Assembly: GCA_040771865.1 (NCBI GenBank)
Contig: JAXGZF010000007.1
Span: 372,001 to 407,379 of the forward strand
DNA from: Desulfobacterales bacterium
GTDB lineage: Bacteria > Desulfobacterota > Desulfobacteria > Desulfobacterales > UBA2245
DNA: 35,379 bases
Direction: 5' to 3'
Each line of letters begins with the position of its first letter. Position 1 is the first letter of the stretch. The notes below the pieces were generated by a model. It was not told where the DNA came from. It was given only the letters and a program-made list of their open reading frames with translations, and made no database searches. Below, piece after piece: positions 10,088-19,761 of the stretch. Both the position numbers and the translations under genes were made by a program.

Positions 10088-10169
10088 CTTGTTTATAATG
10101 GTTGTCATTTTGCCAAGCAAACAGTGAGAATCAGCCGCTTGTGCAAAGCCGATAAATATGGCCTGAGCG

Positions 10170-10419
10170 TTATGTCTCCATGGCCCGGTACAATATCAGC
10201 AGCAGAAGGGCGCCGCCCACAGCCAGCAGAATACTTCCGATATGAAACCCCCGTAACCGCTCCGAACCCCAGGAAGGACCCGACAAATCCGCTTACGAAG
10301 GAACCGGCTGTTCCGATCAAAATCGTTACGATGAGTCCTCCAGGGTCCTTTCCGGGCATGATGAATTTTGCAAGCAGGCCAATGATTAATCCCATTACGA
10401 TCCAGGATAAAACTCCAAT
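10170..10419 (-). pseudogene. GlsB/YeaQ/YmgE family (transglycosylase-associated) membrane protein, disrupted
   Basis: GVLSWIVMGLIIGLLAKFIMPGKDPGG. Removing one base from the G5 run (C5 at 10248-10252) restores GFHIGSILLAVGGALLLLILYRAMET-stop. The expected start codon reads ATT. Confidence 0.85.
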
Positions 10420-10515
10420 AGGAAATCTTTCTGTTAAATATTCATTCAATTTTTAAGCGCACAATCCCACTACAGCATGTTTCAACTTCCTCTTCTCCGT
10501 TTCAAAGGGACCGAG

Positions 10516-11121
10516 TTAGTTCGAAGTAGACGCCATCAAGGCGGACAAAAAATCTTGGTCTTCGAAAAGAGATTTTATGCCGTTCTTAAGTGCCCGGTTC
10601 AGCGCTCGGCTGGCGTTCTCTCCACTCGCAAGTTGAATGTTTGGCTCTGTTCCTTGAGCAATAATCTGCCGCGAATACAACAGGTCGCCCTTCTTCGACT
10701 CTACGGCAACGGACATGTTGAAATCGGCCACTGCGTTGCCAGAAAAGAAACCACACTTAAAATCATTATAAAATCGGGTTAAATTTGCGACAACCTGGAC
10801 GTTCGCGGTATCCGAGCCAAGTTGAAACCCTCTTGACAGAAGCTCCTTTTCAACGAATCTTCGGATACTTACCGTAACATCCTCGGTTGCAAGTATTGCC
10901 GCCATTTCAATTCCTAAAGAGTTCTTCTTGCAGCTGACCTTGCTCTTGTCTTGCCGCTGGTCATTCACCTGAACGTTAATGCAAACATGATTTGCACCTG
11001 GAATCTGTGAAATACCTTGCCGCTGAGGGTACTGAAGTTCAATCCGTTCGGTTGTGAGCGCACAGCCCGAAAGACTTGCGGCAACCAAACACAATACGAT
11101 GAAAAAAATCCCTTTATTCAT
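10516..11121 (-). CDS. YajG-like lipoprotein
   Basis: Lipobox LSGC after a hydrophobic stretch; VQVNDQR and ELLSRGF segments. Start placed at ATG 11121. Confidence 0.75.
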   Translation of the reverse strand: MNKGIFFIVLCLVAASLSGCALTTERIELQYPQRQGISQIPGANHVCINVQVNDQRQDKSKVSCKKNSLGIEMAAILATEDVTVSIRRFVEKELLSRGFQLGSDTANVQVVANLTRFYNDFKCGFFSGNAVADFNMSVAVESKKGDLLYSRQIIAQGTEPNIQLASGENASRALNRALKNGIKSLFEDQDFLSALMASTSN

Positions 11122-11239
11122 GATTTGATTCAATCCCTTTGGCAAAAAAACAAAAAATTTAAAGCCCCTGACATGAAATTCAGAAATGCCCGTTAGCAGG
11201 CGTGTAACCAACGTCCGGTCCAGCAAAAGACGCTTTCAA

Positions 11240-11563
11240 TTATTTCACGATCAGGTTGTTTTTTACGGATCGGACCCCTTTGACGCCGCTTGCGATTTGA
11301 CCCGCTCTGTTGACGGCCTCCTGAGAGTTCACAAACCCGCTGAGCTGAACGACGCCCTTGAAGGTTTCGACGCTGACGGCAAACGCCTTGAGGAAATCAT
11401 CCGCGGCAATCAGGGATTTTACCTTGGCCGTAACGACCGAGTCGTCGATATATTCACCGGTACTGGACCGTGTGGATGTCGATGCGCAGGCCGCCAGGGC
11501 GGCGATCAGTATAATCATCGCCAAACAACGAACCAAGACATTCATCTTTTTTTTCATGGCCAT
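11240..11563 (-). CDS. BON domain lipoprotein (OsmY-like)
   Basis: Lipobox LAAC; TGEYIDDSVVTAKVK...VETFKGVVQLSGFV; AAGGAGG RBS. Confidence 0.93.
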   Translation of the reverse strand: MAMKKKMNVLVRCLAMIILIAALAACASTSTRSSTGEYIDDSVVTAKVKSLIAADDFLKAFAVSVETFKGVVQLSGFVNSQEAVNRAGQIASGVKGVRSVKNNLIVK

Positions 11564-11660
11564 AACTCCTCCTTATCAGTTTTCAAGTTTAATTGTCTTA
11601 TGCCCGAATCTTCGTCCGGTTCTGTTTCCATTCTCCTTCGCGGCAATCCCCTGCATAGTA

Positions 11661-14546
11661 TCATCGCCGCAACGCCACCGGAAAATCGAGGATCGTACTG
11701 GGCTGGGTCATGATCGGGGTCTGCCTGCCCCCGGTCAACTCTTTCACGCGTTCGTAAAGGATGCGGTCCAGAAGGCGGATCGTAATGTTTCCCTTGCCTT
11801 GATCGTCCCCCCGGCCGCTCATCCCCTTCATCAAAGCTCTGGCAAAGGCGCCGTTTTCCCAGGCCTTGTCTTCCATGGAATGCTGCCTGCCCATGGAGGA
11901 GGAAAAAACGACGGCTCCATTCTCGGCGTCGGCCAGTTCATTGACCACCGCAGTCATATCCGCGCTGACCAGCCCGGGTTCTGTTTCATTTCCGGAATGT
12001 CGCATATCCAGAAACAGGACGGCTTTTCCCGCCAAGGAGGCGACGGTGTCCCTGATGTGCGAAAAGGCGACTCCCGTCCGCTTGAGCTTCCCGATTCGGG
12101 CATTGACGGGCAGGAAATGGAAAATCCCCGCCGGGTCGTTCATGCCGTGACCTGACAGATAAATCATGGCGACGTCCCGGCTTGTCGCTTCCCGGCGAAG
12201 CCAGGCCAGACCGTCCAGGATATTGTCTTTTGTGGCCAGCCGGTCCGTGACGACCCGGACCACCGCATCACGATACAGCCCCTCCTTCTGCCGCTCCATA
12301 AATCCGGCAAAGTCCTGCGCATCCTTGGCTGCAAAGCCCAGCCTCAGGCCGCGGTCCATGTATTGGCTCACCCCGACGGCCAGGACGTAAAGGTTCGGCT
12401 TGACGGCCGACTCCTTCGAGGCCCTTCCCTTCCAGTGAAGGCGGATCATGAACGGAACGCTTGCAGCATGACGATTTGCCGCGATGACGGAGACCACGGC
12501 GTCTCTCTCCGGAACGGCCACACGAAGTGTCTGAGTCCATTCTTCCCTGGGCTTGATGGACAGTTTCCTTTTTATTAATACGGGCCTGCCGTCCACAAGC
12601 GCCCGAATCGAGTTGACCGGTTCGCCGGAAGGGCTGCGCAGGGCAAAGTTCAGATCGATTTCCGGCGTGGATACGGCATCGCCGTCAGCGGGAGACAGAA
12701 TCGTCACAACAGGGGGAAGCATTTTCTCGATGGCCGGTTCCCGATGCCTGCGTCCTGACGCCTCATCGGACAGCATGACCGCTTTTTGTTCATCACGGTA
12801 TTTAATGATCCCGGCGATCACATCGGGCCGATAACAGATTGAACGGAACCGGGAGACCGGAAAAAAATCCGCCGCCCGATCCTTCCCCTGGTTGAGATGC
12901 CAGCCGATGAGTTCTTCGGCTCCGGGCGAGGCGTCATAGTATCCCGAAGGAGACCAAGCAATCCACCGTTTTTTGTCTCTGTGCGGGAAAAAGGCAAGAA
13001 GTTCCTTGCCGTCGGACAGACGATGCCAGCGGATCGTCCCGTCGGCCAGAGCCGCGACAGCGACCTTCCCGTTTCCGGCGATGTTCACCGCCCAGGCGGA
13101 GCCCTGAATAGACGCATTCCACTGCTCCCTTCCTTCCCGGTCAAAGAGGCGAAGATGCCGATCCGTGCCCAGCAGGAATCTACCGCCGCCCGGTGCAATG
13201 GCAAGACTTCGGGATTTTTCATATGGATTCAGCTTCAGCGTCTCCCCGTTGAGTCGGGGGTTGAAATGGTTCTTCCAGTCCGTGATGCTGAGGCCCGGAG
13301 ATGCGGTGACAGGCGGCGAGAGGCCTGCATTCGGGACAGGCGCCGCTTCCAGAAGCCTTTCGTCCACGGAAAACCGGGCCGGTGATTTACCCCCGTATTC
13401 ATACCCGAACTGGACGCAGGCGCCGTTCGCTGAAACGAGGAAACCTTCCCATCCAGCCCGGTAATCGGCGATTCCGGGAATGAGGTATCGCTTTCGAATG
13501 CCTGAATCCTCATGGATGCCCCAGACCGGATCGCCGCTGCCATAGCCAAAGCCTCCCGTTTCCAGAGGTCGAATGCCGAAGACGGCATTCGGCGCTTCGA
13601 AAAGACCGGAGCTTTTTTCTCTGCCGGCGTCGGCCCAGCGGATGACGGGATTTCCCTTCCCGTCGTCGAAAATGCCCCAGGAATAGAGAAACCGGCTGTC
13701 TGCGGACCAGGAGATGTTGCTGGAATCGCCTTTATGGATCACCGTGTCGGGCGAATAGCGAAAAGAGGAAAGGTCGCTGCCGGAAAGGACGTCCACATTC
13801 GTGGAATCCTGAAATACCACTGCGATCTTCCGCCCGTCCGGGGAAAAGCTCACCTGAAAAGGATACCCGCCCCCCGGGGCTTTCTTTTTTTCCAGCAGCC
13901 GAAAATCCCGGTTGTAAAGGCGCAGATGACCATCCCTGGAAGAGGTAACCAGCCGGCCGTCCGGGGCAAAATCCGCGCCGCAGCTTTCGCCGCCGTAGTC
14001 CCTGTCCTCGGCAATAAGCTGGAGGTTTTCGGTTTCGTAGATTCGAACACCGCTGTTCCAGCCCATGCAGACGGCAAGATATCGGCCGCCCCTGGAATAG
14101 GCCAGGTGATGAATCATGCTGGGAAGCCCCGTAATTCTTGCTGTCAGCCATCCTGTGGCGCGGTCAAAGAGGTAGATATGATTGGCGCCTTCCCAATCCC
14201 GACCCGTCCAGCCTCCGCAGGCAATCTGCTTTCCGTCGGAAGAAATAGCCACGCTGTAGAGCCTGCCCTCGTTTCCTTCGCCTATGAAAGGCCGGAAAAT
14301 GCGTACAAGACGACCGTCGGGAAGCTCCCAGAGACGCAGGGTCTTGTCGTCGGAGGTCGAAACCGCCCACCGGTTGGCCTGATCCAGACCGATCCTGTTG
14401 ATCATTGCCGTGTGCATCCCCGTCTCGATCCGCAGGACAGGCTTCGTTGACGGCTCAGCGGCTATGGCGCGGCAGTTGCGGAACTGCCACGGAAACAGGC
14501 AGGCAAACCCGACCAGTATGGATACCAGCAATATCCTTCTCATCAC
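11661..14546 (-). CDS. Exported WD40-repeat protein with C-terminal caspase-like (peptidase C14) domain
   Basis: Signal-like N-terminus; WD repeats (STSDDKTLRLWE, TSSRDGHLRLY, DGTIRWH); C14 segments LYVLAVGVSQY, KDAQDF, YLSGHG, WENGAFARAL, GRQTP. Confidence 0.88.
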   Translation of the reverse strand: MMRRILLVSILVGFACLFPWQFRNCRAIAAEPSTKPVLRIETGMHTAMINRIGLDQANRWAVSTSDDKTLRLWELPDGRLVRIFRPFIGEGNEGRLYSVAISSDGKQIACGGWTGRDWEGANHIYLFDRATGWLTARITGLPSMIHHLAYSRGGRYLAVCMGWNSGVRIYETENLQLIAEDRDYGGESCGADFAPDGRLVTSSRDGHLRLYNRDFRLLEKKKAPGGGYPFQVSFSPDGRKIAVVFQDSTNVDVLSGSDLSSFRYSPDTVIHKGDSSNISWSADSRFLYSWGIFDDGKGNPVIRWADAGREKSSGLFEAPNAVFGIRPLETGGFGYGSGDPVWGIHEDSGIRKRYLIPGIADYRAGWEGFLVSANGACVQFGYEYGGKSPARFSVDERLLEAAPVPNAGLSPPVTASPGLSITDWKNHFNPRLNGETLKLNPYEKSRSLAIAPGGGRFLLGTDRHLRLFDREGREQWNASIQGSAWAVNIAGNGKVAVAALADGTIRWHRLSDGKELLAFFPHRDKKRWIAWSPSGYYDASPGAEELIGWHLNQGKDRAADFFPVSRFRSICYRPDVIAGIIKYRDEQKAVMLSDEASGRRHREPAIEKMLPPVVTILSPADGDAVSTPEIDLNFALRSPSGEPVNSIRALVDGRPVLIKRKLSIKPREEWTQTLRVAVPERDAVVSVIAANRHAASVPFMIRLHWKGRASKESAVKPNLYVLAVGVSQYMDRGLRLGFAAKDAQDFAGFMERQKEGLYRDAVVRVVTDRLATKDNILDGLAWLRREATSRDVAMIYLSGHGMNDPAGIFHFLPVNARIGKLKRTGVAFSHIRDTVASLAGKAVLFLDMRHSGNETEPGLVSADMTAVVNELADAENGAVVFSSSMGRQHSMEDKAWENGAFARALMKGMSGRGDDQGKGNITIRLLDRILYERVKELTGGRQTPIMTQPSTILDFPVALRR

Positions 14547-14794
14547 GGCCCTCTTCTGTATAGGAATCTCTATACATCAATCCCGGAAAAACGGCAAATA
14601 TGCCGTTGATCTCCATTTCTCATTGCAGAAGCATGCAGCCTGCTCAAAACCCCCTTCAGACAGCGTCAAAGGTACGGGAATCTGGTATTATGATTTGATT
14701 TCAAGAGGTTATATCGACACTATCCCTGAACCGTTTGACAAGGGTCGGCATCGGTAGTAGTTATGGCTTAAGAACATCGAACAAGGAGGATAAT

Positions 14795-15106
14795 ATGAAA
14801 AAATTATGGTTTACTACCCTTCCTTTTGCCGCGTTGATGTGCATGTCATGCGTTGCGTCCGTCGGACCTCACGGCACAAGCATCGCCATCGCGCCACCCC
14901 TTCCGGCTTACGTGGAATTATATGAACCCTACTATGTCTATAGAAACTATCACTATTATCATCATGACAGTCGATGGTATTACTCAGAGTCCAGAGGCGG
15001 CCCTTGGATAGATCTTCCCAAAAACCATTACCCGAGAGAAGTCAGGTATAAAAAAAGCAAGCCTCGCGAGCAGAAACGCTATGATTACCGATACCCGAGA
15101 CGGTAA
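14795..15106 (+). CDS. Small Tyr/His-rich putative lipoprotein
   Basis: AAGGAGG RBS before ATG 14795; signal peptide ending CMSC; PYYVYRNYHYYHHDSRWYY segment. Confidence 0.75.
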   Translation: MKKLWFTTLPFAALMCMSCVASVGPHGTSIAIAPPLPAYVELYEPYYVYRNYHYYHHDSRWYYSESRGGPWIDLPKNHYPREVRYKKSKPREQKRYDYRYPRR

Positions 15107-15230
15107 GATGAAATAACGGGATCAGATTCAGAGGCGGAGCCGCCTGGCCCTGCCTTTTTGTCGACAGAAACAAGGATGGCCTTTGCATGAAAGCGCAACA
15201 TGAGATTGTCCGGAAAAAGGGGCTGCGGCA

Positions 15231-15695
15231 ATGAGACGGAAAGTTGTTTCGGCAGGTTCGTTATGGCTCGTATTCTTGGCGACTCTGGTTTCCGGATGCG
15301 CCTCGCTCTTCTGGACCGGGGAGGAACCGCACGTCGATATCGTAAACATTATCCCCAAGGAGATGCGGCTCATGGAGCAGACCTTTCTCATGGAACTCCG
15401 CATTCAGAATCCCTCGGAGAGGGTCTTGAACATCACCGGGCTTGTCTTCGATCTTGATATCAACGGGCAGCCCTTCGCCAGAGGAGTTTCCAATCAGAGT
15501 CTGAAAGTGGAGCGCCTCAGCACCGAAATCGTTCAAATAGAAGCATACACCGGGCTCACCAGCATTCTCAAGCAGCTCTCGGCGACAAGCAGGGGGAGCT
15601 ACGAATCGGGATTCAAGTACCGGCTGAAAGGGTCTCTGCACGCGGGATCACCCTCATTCCGCATACCCTTCGACAAAACGGGAGAAATCAGATAA
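15231..15695 (+). CDS. LEA type 2 / WHy domain lipoprotein
   Basis: Lipobox VSGC; LRIQNPSE...LDINGQPFARGVS and YRLKG motifs. Confidence 0.88.
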   Translation: MRRKVVSAGSLWLVFLATLVSGCASLFWTGEEPHVDIVNIIPKEMRLMEQTFLMELRIQNPSERVLNITGLVFDLDINGQPFARGVSNQSLKVERLSTEIVQIEAYTGLTSILKQLSATSRGSYESGFKYRLKGSLHAGSPSFRIPFDKTGEIR

Positions 15696-15880
15696 AGCCG
15701 AACCGGGCAAAGGGGCCGGGTCTTTTTTTTGAGAAGACGTTTTTATTTCAGAAGCCGACCGCTTTCCCTCGGCCTGCAAGCCCGTTGTGGATCCTGCTGT
15801 CTCCATCAACAATAATATGTTATCAAAACATAAACTATAGACGGCCTGAAAAAAATAAGCTTTTGAAAGGAGGATAAAAA

Positions 15881-16564
15881 ATGAACAGAACAGGAATTTG
15901 TGTTTTGCTGTGTTGCACCTTGATTCTGGCGGGCTGCGCGACAACTTCAACCGAACCCATGACCAAAACTCAGAAGGGCGGTCTTTACGGCGCGGCGGGT
16001 GGAGCCGCAGCCGGCGCGGTACTCGGTCAGGTCATCGGACGTGATACGAAGGGTACCCTGATCGGCGCAGCCATCGGCGCAGCCGTTGGAGGACTCGGGG
16101 GCGCCGGAGTCGGCAAAATGATGGACAATCAGGAAAAGGACATGCGCGACGTTCTGGCTACCTCGGAAGCCGCTTCCGTGTCCAGGGACGGCAACCTTCT
16201 GGCGGTGACCTTCAAAGGCGACGTGACATTCGATACGAACTCCGCGGAAGTGCGGCCGGGGCTCTATTCGGAAATCAACCGGGTGGCAGGCGTGCTGACG
16301 CAATACCCTGACACTTTCATTCGAGTGGACGGGCATACCGACAGTGTGGGTTCCGATGCATACAACATGGACCTTTCCGTACGGCGTGCCAATTCAGTCA
16401 AAGATCTGCTGGTTCAGCGCGGAATCGCGCCCGATCGCATCGAGGTTATGGGTTTTGGTGAAACCATGCCTGTGGCGACCAACGACACCGAGGCCGGACG
16501 ACAACTCAACAGAAGGGTTGAAATCAAGATTGCGCCTCAAACACAGTCCCAGACGCCTCAATGA
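15881..16564 (+). CDS. OmpA family lipoprotein with glycine zipper (YiaD-like)
   Basis: Lipobox LAGC; Gly-zipper; DGHTDSVGSDAYNMDLSVRRA and NRRVEI motifs; AAGGAGG RBS. Confidence 0.95.
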   Translation: MNRTGICVLLCCTLILAGCATTSTEPMTKTQKGGLYGAAGGAAAGAVLGQVIGRDTKGTLIGAAIGAAVGGLGGAGVGKMMDNQEKDMRDVLATSEAASVSRDGNLLAVTFKGDVTFDTNSAEVRPGLYSEINRVAGVLTQYPDTFIRVDGHTDSVGSDAYNMDLSVRRANSVKDLLVQRGIAPDRIEVMGFGETMPVATNDTEAGRQLNRRVEIKIAPQTQSQTPQ

Positions 16565-16600
16565 CGATTCAGTCGCCTCTAGGCAGAATTGAATACCGGG

Positions 16601-16640
16601 CAGAAGCTCCCTGATTCGTTTCAGGGGGCTTCTGTGTTTT
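16601..16640 (+). terminator. Intrinsic terminator
   Basis: CAGAAGCTCCCTGA-TTCGTT-TCAGGGGGCTTCTG stem followed by TGTTTT. Confidence 0.8.
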
Positions 16641-16725
16641 GAAGCTTTGACCGGAAAAACCGCTGCCGCAGTTCAAACCGTTCATGTATCGCGTTTTTTT
16701 AGGATGCCCCGGACCTCCACGCAGA

Positions 16726-18264
16726 TCAGTCAAACCATATCACGATATCCTCGTCCGCACCGATACCATCATCCCCCGTCTTTTCCATTTCGGGCTTCGA
16801 TCGAAACAGGGCGGAGAAGAGACTGGAGAGAGCCGTCGCTTCATTCTGGAGACCCTCCTGATAATGAATCGTGATTCCCGTTTCGCCGAAGGTAACGCTC
16901 CCCACGGTCACGGTGTGTCCGAGCTTTCGCAGATACCGGGCGGCCCATGCGCCTTTCGGTCCTGATGAGGGCGAGGCAATGCCGATATAGATGGAAAGGG
17001 GCTTTGCGCCAATGATCTGGGTGATTGCGGGATCGATTGCGGCTATCTTCTGATCCATCTCGCGCCGGACCCGCTCCGCCTTCTGGGCAAGCGCCTTGTC
17101 TTGATTCTCAAGCCACGATCTGTCGGCGTCGTCGTCCAGTCTCCAGTAGAGCATTTCCCGGTCATTCCAGATGGCCTTCTGTTTGAGGTTAACCCCCGCC
17201 TCTGAGCAGATCCTCATCGCCTGAACGGTTTCACTTTCTTCAATCTCCCGCGTTCCGCCGAATGGCTGGAAAGCAGGCCTGGATACGAGGATGCCCAGTT
17301 CATCATAGTCGGCGTCGTCCGTAACGATCCAGACAGCCGCCTGACGAACCGGATAGGAAACTCCCGCCTTTTCCAGAATGGGCATTAATTTCGCCAGCTC
17401 TGCCCGATGAGGCGAACGCTGGACCGTGAAGCGGTCGTCTTCGCCCGGAATGTCTCTGGGCATGTTCGCGCATGCCGCATCCGCCCATGCATCCTGCCAC
17501 TCATCCGTCTCCAGGCGGAGACTGCTCTCCGCTGTCGTCACCATGTTCTGCACGGATGAGTCGGCCGAGACAAAGTATGTGCCCACGGGAATTCGGACGG
17601 TCAACGGGTACGGCGCCAGTCTGCGGATGCTCAGGCTTACGCTCTGAATTCCGCCGCCCTGCGTCTTGATCTCGATCTTCTTTTCCTTCAGAAGATCCAC
17701 GATGTCCCGCCCTTCGGTGATGTCTTTCAAAACCTGGTTCGCGTCGGCTTCCTTCGCATGACCCGGAAAATCCGCGATGAACTTCTTCAACGCGGCCTCG
17801 GTTCCTTCTCCAAGCGCGGCTTCATACGGCGCGGGGTCGGCCCGGAGAGCCGAACTCTTTTGCTTCGCTTCGGCGATGTATCTGCCTTCGGGATGAAGTC
17901 CTGAATACCGTTCAAACCCCGCGACGGTGCCGGCAGCGGCGGCTTCCTTCCAGTGCAGGGAATCGATGCTGTCTCTGGCCTCGGCGACGTGTTCACCCCC
18001 GGGGTGGAGCTGGACGTAGCATTCGAATCCCTGAACGGTGCCGGCGGCCTTAGCATCGGCCCAGCCATGCTGATCGGACCGCGCCCTCGCATCGGCTGCA
18101 TGGCGCCCCTCGGGCCACGCCCGCAGGTAGGATTCGTAGCCGGCTGTCTCGTCCTGGCAAGCAGCCCAGCGAAATTGGATTTCATCACGCGCCGCCGGAA
18201 GGAACGCAAGCGCAAGACCCGCGGCGGCCAGAATCAAAAATGTCGAAACGATTACCTTCTTCAT
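16726..18264 (-). CDS. Exported or membrane-anchored multidomain hypothetical protein (four ~37-aa helical repeats, central Cys/QAAVW domain, LytR_C-like tail)
   Basis: Hydrophobic N-terminus from ATG 18264; repeats of the form Y-x3-(W/H/F)P-x-G-x-H-x2-(D/E)A; C-terminal ITIHYQEG...DIVIWF. Confidence 0.8.
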   Translation of the reverse strand: MKKVIVSTFLILAAAGLALAFLPAARDEIQFRWAACQDETAGYESYLRAWPEGRHAADARARSDQHGWADAKAAGTVQGFECYVQLHPGGEHVAEARDSIDSLHWKEAAAAGTVAGFERYSGLHPEGRYIAEAKQKSSALRADPAPYEAALGEGTEAALKKFIADFPGHAKEADANQVLKDITEGRDIVDLLKEKKIEIKTQGGGIQSVSLSIRRLAPYPLTVRIPVGTYFVSADSSVQNMVTTAESSLRLETDEWQDAWADAACANMPRDIPGEDDRFTVQRSPHRAELAKLMPILEKAGVSYPVRQAAVWIVTDDADYDELGILVSRPAFQPFGGTREIEESETVQAMRICSEAGVNLKQKAIWNDREMLYWRLDDDADRSWLENQDKALAQKAERVRREMDQKIAAIDPAITQIIGAKPLSIYIGIASPSSGPKGAWAARYLRKLGHTVTVGSVTFGETGITIHYQEGLQNEATALSSLFSALFRSKPEMEKTGDDGIGADEDIVIWFD

Positions 18265-18517
18265 CTCCCGTTTTTCCTCCCCGTTAGCTCCCTGTCGGTT
18301 GAACGCCCTCAACAAGCCCCTTTTGTGATACCATTTTCAGGCACTGCCAGCTTTTTTGCAGACAGCCGGATCGGACAACGCAAACTCGAAAAGCATGTTT
18401 GTCAAAAATCCAGGATTCCGACCGGATTTGATTTTACTCCGCACAGGCCCCCACAGAATACTTTCAGACGCGCGGAAAGCTACATCCACGGCCCTTGGGG
18501 CGTGTTAACTTGTGGGT

Positions 18518-19297
18518 TCACTGCGGCGCCTTCATCGTCAGCTGGATCACATTGGCGATGCTGACGGTATCCCTCAGTATCATGGAGATTCCCCTGCCCA
18601 GCGCGAAACCGGTTGAAGCCCCCCCGTCAAGGTTGAAAGCATCGGTAATGCCGAGTCCGGAATCAATCATAAAGCTGATTATCTCGGAGTATGTCATTCT
18701 CCCCGACTTCGTAATGACGAACAGCACGTTGTTTTGGACGTCTTTACCCAGAACGGTTCTGGAATGGCTGCTGCTGGATTTGAATTCAACCGGCGCCCCC
18801 TTTCTCAACAGATGGGGACCGCTTTTCAGGGCATAGCGGAAATCATCGACATCGACCCGGCTGAGCGGCTTTGTTTTCAGATCGTCGATGACCAGCTCGC
18901 CACTGCGGCGGACGGCAAACAGGCCGAAGTGGCTGTTTGCGGCATTGACCGGTTTAATAACATTTCCATCCACGACGCAAAGGTCTGTCGGCAGATAATC
19001 ATGATCCCAGTAACCGCCATTCAGGGTGAGCAGGGCACTCCGGTTGTCGTTGTGGAACTGGCCGACGGATTTCGGCGGCTTTGCATAGGCGACCGCAAAA
19101 TCGAAAAACCGCGGATCAGACCGAATGACGCTGACCATATTTCCATTATATTCATATTCGGAATAGGTGAGGACGGCGGGATGAACCCCAAAGGTCTCCT
19201 GAAGGATCAGTTTGGGTTCGGAAGATGCCCATGCAACCCCGAAAAACAGGATGAAGGGCAAAAGAATCCAAGGCGCGATACGAAATCTTTTCGTCAT
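18518..19297 (-). CDS. Phosphodiester glycosidase (NAGPA-like) family exported protein
   Basis: LNGGYW, SGPHLL, SRTVLG and NLDGGAST motifs; signal peptide. Confidence 0.88.
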   Translation of the reverse strand: MTKRFRIAPWILLPFILFFGVAWASSEPKLILQETFGVHPAVLTYSEYEYNGNMVSVIRSDPRFFDFAVAYAKPPKSVGQFHNDNRSALLTLNGGYWDHDYLPTDLCVVDGNVIKPVNAANSHFGLFAVRRSGELVIDDLKTKPLSRVDVDDFRYALKSGPHLLRKGAPVEFKSSSSHSRTVLGKDVQNNVLFVITKSGRMTYSEIISFMIDSGLGITDAFNLDGGASTGFALGRGISMILRDTVSIANVIQLTMKAPQ

Positions 19298-19680
19298 ACC
19301 AGATTCTCTTTATCCTACTTCAAGAGGGGTGATCAAGCAGTTCTGTATTTCGACCCTGACCGCATGGCCGGACCTTTTCCGTAAACCATTTGCGGATCCG
19401 ATATTTCCAATTTTGCTGAATTTTCCTCCGCGCGCAGGGGAAAGACAAGGTCTCCCACTCCGGCCTATTCAGAAGATCCTTGATGTCCGTCACGATATCC
19501 CCTTCGCATCACAGCGCATAAAATCCATGGTTCGCACTCTACCAATTTCTGAGAAGAATGAAAAGCCGGACCCGACCTTTCCAGGATAAATCTCGATCCG
19601 TCAAACCCGTATAACTTTGCATGGGTCGTACCCAAGCAACCCTTCCGGTCCCAGGTCATAACGCCAGACGGGGCAAAGCG

Positions 19681-19733
19681 CTTGCAAAACGCTGCCGATA
19701 TGGTTTAACCAGTTTATCGGTTGCGTTATCGAA
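19681..19733 (+). promoter_or_regulatory. Duplicated 53-bp promoter/operator-like module, copy 1
   Basis: 46/53 identical to 21587-21639; contains TTGCAA, TGnTTTAAC and the palindrome TGGTTTAACCA. Confidence 0.6.
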
Positions 19734-19761
19734 ATGCATCTTATTTGTCACAGGAGGACGA

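Noticed and set aside
15700..15730. Possible terminator after the LEA2 gene
   Set aside because: A T8 tract is present but the stem is short and mismatched; not supportable.
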